A stretch of DNA of 20,000 bases. It comes from Stramenopiles sp. TOSAG23-2 (Eukaryota). Under the pieces are notes generated by a model that worked only from the letters and a program-made list of their open reading frames with translations, was not told the origin of the DNA and ran no database searches. Position numbers and translations under genes: made by a program. Shown piece by piece: positions 1 to 8,954 of the stretch; the stretch's first letter is position 1, and the number at the start of each line of letters is the position of its first letter. Where the stretch lies: the NCBI GenBank assembly GCA_900128395.1, contig LT649241.1:57262-77261 (forward strand), given 5' to 3'.

Positions 1-1221
1 TGCATAACAAAATGGTTTTGGTAAATTTTCCTCATTGTACATTTTTTGATTATGAAATCTCATGTATTCATTAAATGAAGTTGTTGAAATTTCTTTGCCA
101 ACAGCATCCCTTAATTGTTTGTAAAGCATATTTTCAATATCTTGCATTGTATCCATCCATCGCTTTGCAATTACAGTTAAATGCAATGCAATGAACATCG
201 TTTTCGCCTCATACGATGTCATCAATTTATTATAAATATATTTTTCTTCATCTTGTGTTATCGATTCTATTTTACTTATAACATTTGTTAGATCTTTTGT
301 ATGTTGCATTAAAATAGAATGCACATCTTCCATTTTCATCATAATTCCTAAACGATTCTCGCCATCACGTTCCATTATTGGTCCCGTAGGCAAAGCTTTT
401 TTCACGCTTTCATTTTGTATAATTGAATATAAATCTTTCATATTGTCATGTACTTTGTCACTTTCGATTCTGGTAGTACTTTGTAGATTTGTGTAAACAT
501 ATTGAAAGAATTGTCTAAATTCATTCATAAATACAAATGCAGTTTTAACATCCTCGTTACGACGTGGTGTTCTACAACTATCTTTGCTACGATCAATTTT
601 AAATTCCAATTGACCTTTCTCTCCATTTAATAAGTTCAATAAAAAATTCATTTTTAATTTTTTTTCCCCTTCTCGAAAATGTTTAATTGGATTGTTTTCA
701 CTCCCAACAACTTTTAACTCGTATGTACCTTCAGCCCGGCTAAATATAGTGGTCTCTTCATTTGTACTGTCAGAACCAACAAATAATGTAATTTTCCATT
801 CATCGACTACTTTCCAATAATATTCTGTGATCGTGTGTACAATTTTTTTCGTTTTTGTTGACTTGTTACCTAAAAAGTTCGTTGTTTCTTCAACTTTTGT
901 TGTACCACTATCAACTTGTTTCTCTTCTTTTCGTAGAAATGTTGCACTTGGTTTGTTATAAAATTGCATATTTACAACTTTACCATTTACATGATGTTGA
1001 CGATATTTTTCTAAAATATCAGGTGTTACACCGATCATCTCCAATGTATTTAACAATCCAATACATGATAAGCTTGTACTCCATGCTGCTATTGAATATT
1101 TATCATCATAGGTATGTTCAATATCAGCTGCTGATATTGGATTACGCGTATTACCTAAAATCTCTTTGATTTTGATAATAGCATCCTTGATTTCTTTTCG
1201 TATTGGATTATTGCCAAACAT
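1..1221 (-). CDS. Hypothetical protein, 407 aa visible, 3' end runs off the window
   Basis: Hand translation from ATG at 1221: MFGNNPIRKEIKDAIIKIKEILGNTRNP...FKIDRSKDSCRTPRRNEDV...IENMLYKQLRDAVGKEISTTSFNEYMRFHNQKMYNEENLPKPFCYA, with no stop in 1221 nt of AT-rich DNA. Absent from the ORF track, presumably because there is no in-window stop. Confidence 0.9.
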   Translation of the reverse strand, partial: MFGNNPIRKEIKDAIIKIKEILGNTRNPISAADIEHTYDDKYSIAAWSTSLSCIGLLNTLEMIGVTPDILEKYRQHHVNGKVVNMQFYNKPSATFLRKEEKQVDSGTTKVEETTNFLGNKSTKTKKIVHTITEYYWKVVDEWKITLFVGSDSTNEETTIFSRAEGTYELKVVGSENNPIKHFREGEKKLKMNFLLNLLNGEKGQLEFKIDRSKDSCRTPRRNEDVKTAFVFMNEFRQFFQYVYTNLQSTTRIESDKVHDNMKDLYSIIQNESVKKALPTGPIMERDGENRLGIMMKMEDVHSILMQHTKDLTNVISKIESITQDEEKYIYNKLMTSYEAKTMFIALHLTVIAKRWMDTMQDIENMLYKQLRDAVGKEISTTSFNEYMRFHNQKMYNEENLPKPFCYA

Positions 1222-2116
1222 GTTGGGTTCGTTCTGAATTTAATATATATATATGTTACTTTTGGCAGTTACAATAGTTATAATATATATATAGATAGAT
1301 AGATAGGTTGTATATGTTTTTTAATCTCTATCTATCACTTTATCTATATAATCTATTTATCTATGATGTGCATATCTTTATTTTGCACCTTTTGGATGAT
1401 ACGTACAGTACAGTATTGCCGATCAGAGGAAGATCTGCCATCAAACCCCCCTCCGATTAAACGCCTCCTTTCCTACATTTTTAGATTTAAGTACAATATT
1501 AGTATACTATAATTTAACTACTTGATAGGAAATCGACGAAAAATCGCAAAAAATGCACAAATTGTGTACTTTTTTGGTTCGAAATTTTATAGTATCAAAT
1601 TTGTTACATGTATCTATTATATCTATCCCCCGCGGATTTGCAACTGAAATAAAAAGTGCACTTCTCGATTATATGCTTAGTAGAATACAGAAATTACATA
1701 GGGTGTCCGCTGATATTATGGTGATAGGAGTCGAAAACAGTAGTGTTAGTAATTTAATAGTACAAAATATACACACATTATCACACATATCACCCTCTAA
1801 ACATATTTATAGGATACAAATTTAAAACATAATTAATCGCCGGCGTTATTTATTTATTATTATACATGTTCTCCAACCTTTTGGTTTTTACATTTTTAGT
1901 TGATTATTTTCTTGTGTTTTTTTTTTGCTGTTTATGACTTACAATCTAAATATATATAATTTTAAAATTATTTTCCAGAAAAAAAAGAATAATTTTTGTT
2001 TGGAATAATATTATCGCGATTATATACAAGTCACCATGAAGTTTCTCCGGTAATATTTATATTTACCTAAACTGAGAGCGGGAAGGACGCAAAGATATGC
2101 AGCACACCCGCCTCGC

Positions 2117-2318
2117 TGTTCAAATCGTAAATATGTTATATTAAAGAATGCGAAGACTTTCGTAATATTTTGGACAATTTTCAATGTGCAAGAATTGTTG
2201 CATCAGTCTTAAGGACATGTTCAAATCGTAAATATGTTATATTAAAGAATGCGAAGACTTTCGTAATATTTTGGACAATTTTCAATGTGCAAGAATTGTT
2301 GCATCAGTCTTAAGGACA
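2117..2318. repeat. Exact tandem duplication, 101-bp unit
   Basis: 2117-2217 = 2218-2318 (tgttcaaatcgtaaa...aaggaca). Confidence 0.95.
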
Positions 2319-2732
2319 ATCGCTTTGTTAACAACTTTCGTTGTGGAGACATTCTATTTCTCCCAGAGTGGACTATACATACCCGGAAATCATTAATGTA
2401 GTAAAAAATATTTACATGTTCGTCTTTTACAACTTTTTTGTAAACTTTTCCATCTATCGACTATATTAATAATGGCCATTTAATTTATAGAACGTTCGAA
2501 GGAATACTTAGTTTTCTTATCTAACATTCATATATATGTATATATGGAAGAAGAGAACAAAAACTAAATAAACATTTAACATGCGACAAGCAGTTTATGG
2601 CAACATACTTAGGTCAAATTTTTAGATTTTACCATAATTCTTCATTGAAGAATCTTGCTGTATGTGACAAATCATCAATGCATCCATCCCATCGTTTGTA
2701 CAATCGATGAAATTGATTACATTGGTGATTTT

Positions 2733-2984
2733 ACTAGTCACCTGCCATGAAAACATTGCTCTCATGACAATTTGGCCTTGTATCTTCTTTTTTTATTCTA
2801 TCTGCTCTCTGTTCTATATGTATATATATATTTTTTTATATGTGTTGATCACGATTTGACTAGTCACCTGCCATGAAAACATTGCTCTCATGACAATTTG
2901 GCCTTGTATCTTCTTTTTTTATTCTATCTGCTCTCTGTTCTATATGTATATATATATTTTTTTATATGTGTTGATCACGATTTG
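2733..2984. repeat. Exact tandem duplication, 126-bp unit
   Basis: 2733-2858 = 2859-2984 (actagtcacctgcc...cacgatttg). Confidence 0.95.
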
Positions 2985-3125
2985 TGTTATAACGAGTGCA
3001 AAAAAGCAGGTAAATACCATTATGTACCAAGAACTAAAAAAAAGAAAAAATGACCTCCTCCAAAGAACTAATGCTATGTCCATCCTAATCCAGAACATAT
3101 TCTAGATCCTCTCTCTATAAAAGAA

Positions 3126-3409
3126 GCCCGCAGAAAAATAATTTCATTCTTCCTTGAAAAGAACAAACAATTCATATAAATACTAAAAATGTTCAAGATT
3201 AAATAGATAACAAACAGCAAAAACAAAAAAACAAAAATACGAATTTTAAAAAATGTTATCAGTAAAGGCCCGCAGAAAAATAATTTCATTCTTCCTTGAA
3301 AAGAACAAACAATTCATATAAATACTAAAAATGTTCAAGATTAAATAGATAACAAACAGCAAAAACAAAAAAACAAAAATACGAATTTTAAAAAATGTTA
3401 TCAGTAAAG
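3126..3409. repeat. Exact tandem duplication, 142-bp unit
   Basis: 3126-3267 = 3268-3409 (gcccgcagaaaa...cagtaaag). Confidence 0.95.
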
Positions 3410-3610
3410 CGGTTAACAGCGAACAAAACAAGATAAATTGTAAATTTCAAATCTAGACAGATTCAAATAATTACCAAATTAAAAAAATCACGCCGCTTGT
3501 TTTTTTGTATTTTGTTTAAAAGAAATTATTTATAATTTAGCATCATAGTCCACCACCCACTCTGCAGGATTTCACGGTTTTAAATAACACAAACCGATAC
3601 CTGTGATAAC

Positions 3611-4207
3611 ATGTGGAAAGAAATATTTTATGTTTTCGATATTATATTTAATATTTCTTGGGTAGTTACATTTTTTGTTGTTTTCATTTGTACTTATCAT
3701 ATTTGTTCCGATTTTATTCGGCGTTCGAAACAAGATAGGGAAAAAAGCTGTTGTGATAGTTTAATTTTAGATATAATAGAATGTGTACTTATCATGTGTG
3801 GGGCAAGTATGCTTGCTGGAATGTTTTTTATAATGCTTTTAAGATATTTATTTTTTTGGGAAGGAATGCGAACAAGTGTAAGTAAAATATGGGTATTATT
3901 GGACTTCAGAAATGTATGCATATTATTAATTGTTTCATTTATTACATTAATATTATATCGATATTTAAAAGTTCAAGAGGTAATTGTAAAGTTTAAAAAG
4001 CGTTACCCAAATGGAGATCCTTTAATATTGTCAATTGAATTTAACAATTTTGTAAATATTCGAGATATTGTTAGATTAGGTTCTTATGATCTTAATAAAA
4101 ATACTGGGAAAGATAGTAAAGGAAATATGTATACACCGCTTCAAATGGCTCGGCGTGTTGATAATAAAAAAGTTATTTCGTATTTGAAAAAGCATGGTGC
4201 GAAGTGA
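3611..4207 (+). CDS. Small membrane protein (about 3 TM helices) with C-terminal ankyrin-repeat-like motif
   Basis: 198-aa ORF with three hydrophobic stretches. The C-terminus DSKGNMYTPLQMARRVDNKKVISYLKKHGAK matches the ankyrin consensus (TPLhxA....n.evv.yLl.hGA). Confidence 0.7.
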   Translation: MWKEIFYVFDIIFNISWVVTFFVVFICTYHICSDFIRRSKQDREKSCCDSLILDIIECVLIMCGASMLAGMFFIMLLRYLFFWEGMRTSVSKIWVLLDFRNVCILLIVSFITLILYRYLKVQEVIVKFKKRYPNGDPLILSIEFNNFVNIRDIVRLGSYDLNKNTGKDSKGNMYTPLQMARRVDNKKVISYLKKHGAK

Positions 4208-4212
4208 GAACA

Positions 4213-4528
4213 TTTTTTGAAAAAAGAGTCTCATAACAAGTTAAAATAATTTATTTTTTATTATTCGTATCATATATATATATATATGTATATATAAAAA
4301 AGATATTATCAATTATTTATAAATGTTCTATAAAAAAAAATATTTTTTTCAATTTTACCAAAACTAATATTTTTTTGAAAAAAGAGTCTCATAACAAGTT
4401 AAAATAATTTATTTTTTATTATTCGTATCATATATATATATATATGTATATATAAAAAAGATATTATCAATTATTTATAAATGTTCTATAAAAAAAAATA
4501 TTTTTTTCAATTTTACCAAAACTAATAT
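4213..4528. repeat. Exact tandem duplication, 158-bp unit
   Basis: 4213-4370 = 4371-4528, including an identical (TA)n tract length. Confidence 0.95.
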
Positions 4529-4843
4529 TTTTATACGAAGTATATTTTACAACTTCCCATTCTTATCTTCATAATGACGAAAATGCCTTGCATTTAATGG
4601 CATCGTAAAAAATACACGTACATTTTTAAATTATACTCTTTCGAAACATTATCTCCTTGTTAAATCATTATGACTTTGGTAAAACTAATATTTTTATACG
4701 AAGTATATTTTACAACTTCCCATTCTTATCTTCATAATGACGAAAATGCCTTGCATTTAATGGCATCGTAAAAAATACACGTACATTTTTAAATTATACT
4801 CTTTCGAAACATTATCTCCTTGTTAAATCATTATGACTTTGGT
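4518..4843. repeat. Exact tandem duplication, 163-bp unit, spanning the stop codon of the large membrane gene
   Basis: 4518-4680 = 4681-4843. Confidence 0.95.
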
Positions 4844-7800
4844 ATTCTTGTCTAATATTTTGCGATTGAACGGAGTAAAAATGTTCTTGTGCTTTAATGG
4901 CATCTTTACGTTGTAAGAAAACTGTCCATGTTCTTTTTGCTCGATCTGTAAAAACTATTCTAGCCAAATGAATTACTTTTGGTTCAATGTATCTAAATCG
5001 TCCTCGATGAAATTCATGGTGTTCATATTCTAAAGCTTTAAACTTGCCTGCTGTATATTTCCCCTTTTCATAAACTGCGGGGGTTTTTTTCCTCGAGATG
5101 TATCTCCCCATAGTGACTCTACCCAGTCGCTTTCTTTCGCTTGTTAATATTGCAATGCAAATCATAACTATGACTTCAATGACTAATGCTATCATAACAG
5201 AAACCCATGGGCCCATGTACCGAGCATGACAATGACCACATTTGTTTTTTGCCCGATGCAAATGATCATATGGATCATCTGGGTCATCTTCTTCAATTTT
5301 TGGACACCACCACTCTGGATTCACTGGTGGTTTTGGAGTAGTTACTTTTGGTGGTAAAGGCGCCGAGGTTGGTCCAGGCGTGGTCGTTGGCCCCGCCGTT
5401 GTCGTTGGTGGAGTACATCCTATAACCGCATAAGGACCAGGAGATGTACATAATGTCACTGACGGAGTTCCATAATACCCTTCATCACATGAAAGACTAT
5501 TTGCACACTCATTTGCATTGCCATCTTTTCTTAGACATTTAGCTGCGCTTTCATTAGTAAAGTTATACCCAATCATATTTGTTGGCCGAGTACATACCAC
5601 TACATTACAACCAACCAAATTATACTTCTGGGACGTGCCAGTACATACTTTTTTCTTAGACATTTAGCTGCGCTTTCATTAGTAAAGTTATACCCAATCA
5701 TATTTGTTGGCCGAGTACATACCACTACATTACAACCAACCAAATTATACTTCTGGGACGTGCCAGTACATACTTTTGCTGAGGGTGCTGACGGGGTTCC
5801 AGTCCAGCCATTGGCACATTTTAAACCCTCAACTTTAAATCCACTTACATCTAAAATTTCGTCACTCACTCCAACTCCAGAGAAATCAAAATTTTTAATC
5901 AAATTTTGATCGGTCGGTCGCAAACATGTATTAAAGCACCCTGTAACAGTATAAGGGCCCGGAGATGTGCATAATGTTACAGCTGGCGATCCAACAAATC
6001 CAGTAGCACATGATACAACTCCAGAGAAATCAAAATTTTTAATCAAATTTTGATCGGTCGGTCGCAAACATGTATTAAAGCACCCTGTAACAGTATAAGG
6101 GCCCGGAGATGTGCATAATGTTACAGCTGGCGATCCAACAAATCCAGTAGCACATGATAGACTTTCCTTACAAGTATTTGAATTGCCACCTGTGCTTAAA
6201 CACTCAGAACTTTCACTATTATAATTATATCCAGTGGTAGTTGGTCTAGTACAATCCGCTGTACAGCCAGTTAAGCCATAATATCTATCATTATCAGTTC
6301 CAGTAGTACCACTGCATTTTAATACTGTATCTACAGTACCAGACCACCCACTCGCACATTTTAAACCCGTTACGGAAAAGTTACTGAGTGTCAATGTTTC
6401 AGTCACATTGGTGTAGTTATAACCCTCAGTATTAGTGCGACGAAGACATGAATTATAACACCCTGATACGGAATATTTTCCACCCGCGGAAGTACATAAT
6501 GTTACATCTGGTAATCCAACATACCCGGTAGCACATGATAGACTTTCCTTACAAGTATTTGAATTGCCACCTGTGCTTAAACACTCAGAACTTTCACTAT
6601 TATAATTATATCCAGTGGTAGTTGGTCTAGTACAATCCGCTGTACAGCCAGTTAAGCCATAATATCTATCATTATCAGTTCCAGTAGTACCACTGCATTT
6701 TAATACTGTATCTACAGTACCAGACCACCCACTCGCACATTTTAAACCCGTTACGGAAAAGTTACTGAGTGTCAATGTTTCAGTCACATTGGTGTAGTTA
6801 TAACCCTCAGTATTAGTGCGACGAAGACATGAATTATAACACCCTGATACGGAATATTTTCCACCCGCGGAAGTACATAATGTTACATCTGGTAATCCAA
6901 CATACCCGGTAGCACATGATAGACTTTCCTTACAAGTATTTGAATTGCCATTCTTAAATAAACAATTATTCGAGTCTTCGTTGGTATAATCGTATCCAAT
7001 AGTTGATGGTCGTTTACATATTGGGTCACATCCGGTTACTGTGTAAGCAGCACCAGCATCTGTACACAAGGTAACGTCAATATTAGACTTAGTATCGTAA
7101 TTGGCAGCACATGCAAGACTCTGTGCACAATCGAGTTTATCACCAGAATTTGCTCTAAGACATGTACTACTATTTTCATTAGTAAAGTTATACCCATTTA
7201 CATTTGTTGTTGGCCTTTTACATTTTGGTTCACACCCAGAAACTGAATACGTTAACGTAGCACCACTACATACTGTCGCTGTTCGTACTTGTCCGGGAAG
7301 CGTATCCCAATTATTTGCGCACTGCAAGGTAACTTGAAATGCATCTACTTTTAAATTTTCATTAGGAAAAGTATAACCGTCAACTACTGGTCGCACACAT
7401 TTGTCCTGACATCCTCCTACTGTATAATGTTGACCTGGAGTTGTACATAAAGTTACGCTCGGTGTCCCAACATAATTCGTATCACAGCTCAGACTACTGG
7501 AACAAGTATCTTTATTGCCATCCGTAAATAGGCAATTGATTTTATCTTCCTCAGTATAATTATAACCGTTCAGATCCGTTTGAGCGTTGTTGTTTTTTGG
7601 TCGTGTACATTCTGCTTTACAGCCTGTTAGAGAATATTCCACTTTACCAGTTTGACAAACAGTTGCTTGTGGGTTACCTCTATAACCAGCTGCACACTCC
7701 AAACCGGTGACAGAAAACGTAGCAACAGTCTTGTTTTTTGGTCGTGTACATTCTGCTTTACAGCCTGTTAGAGAATATTCCACTTTACCAGTTTGACAAA

Positions 7801-8923
7801 CAGTTGCTTGTGGGTTACCTCTATAACCAGCTGCACACTCCAAACCGGTGACAGAAAACGTAGCAACAGTCAAATTTTCATCTAAGTTTTTACCACCAAA
7901 ATAATAACCAACAATAGTTGATGGACGTTTACATTTATCAACACAACCAGAAACAGAATATGGTCCATCAGATGTACACAATGCTACTGATGGACTTCCT
8001 CGGTAATCTGTATCGCACGCAAGACTTGCAGCACACTTATTAGCATTGCCGTCACTTGAGAGACAATAACTTTTAGCTTCCCCCCTGTAATCATACCCTT
8101 TTGTTTTAGGCCGTGTACAATTTCCAATTTCATTCAACACAACCAGAAACAGAATATGGTCCATCAGATGTACACAATGCTACTGATGGACTTCCTCGGT
8201 AATCTGTATCGCACGCAAGACTTGCAGCACACTTATTAGCATTGCCGTCACTTGAGAGACAATAACTTTTAGCTTCCCCCCTGTAATCATACCCTTTTGT
8301 TTTAGGCCGTGTACAATTTCCAATTTCAGGTACACAATTGGAAAAATATGGTTCTCCTTTTTGTTCCTTCCCGTATTCCATGTTCCAATATTTCTCATCA
8401 CACCAAAGTTTTCCTTGGTGTTGAGCTGGAAGATTAGGTATGCACGTACCACTTTGTTCTAATCTTCTCTCTTCCATCATCAACCGTCGTTTCCCATCCC
8501 ATCTATATGGCTTTCCAAGTGTTGCAATGTTCCTTCCCGTATTCCATGTTCCAATATTTCTCATCACACCAAAGTTTTCCTTGGTGTTGAGCTGGAAGAT
8601 TAGGTATGCACGTACCACTTTGTTCTAATCTTCTCTCTTCCATCATCAACCGTCGTTTCCCATCCCATCTATATGGCTTTCCAAGTGTTGCAATTGCAAT
8701 TACGAAGACAAATATTAAATGCCAACAAAATGCACATGACGTTAAAATACATGCTCGATGATGATTTTCAACATTTTCATGAATCGCTTTTATAGAGAGT
8801 AGATTCCGTGCAGTTCCTATATTAGAGAAGTGGCAATATAATACATGTTAGGATATTTAGGTTTACTTTACACTAAGAATATTTTAGTAGAAGAAGAGCA
8901 CAGATGAAATTCTCGTTCTAGTA

Positions 8924-8954
<31 letters not shown>

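Noticed and set aside
855-1169. Track ORF 855..1169 (+) and other short antisense ORFs (3697..3921, 7101..7337, 8440..8628, 9338..9520, 13885..14094, and the + strand ORFs within 16290-19361)
   Set aside because: They are shadows of longer real genes on the opposite strand, with no recognisable motifs.
1400-1850. Possible transposon remnant or ORF 1553..1825 (tacagtattgcc, agggtgtcc...caccct, imperfect hairpin near 1548-1575)
   Set aside because: Only weak partial inverted repeats, no matching second terminus or TSD, and the ORF has no coding signature.
2890-3431. Short ORFs 2890..3105, 3074..3289, 3246..3431 (and 14953..15138)
   Set aside because: They are low-complexity AT-rich translations largely created by the tandem duplications.
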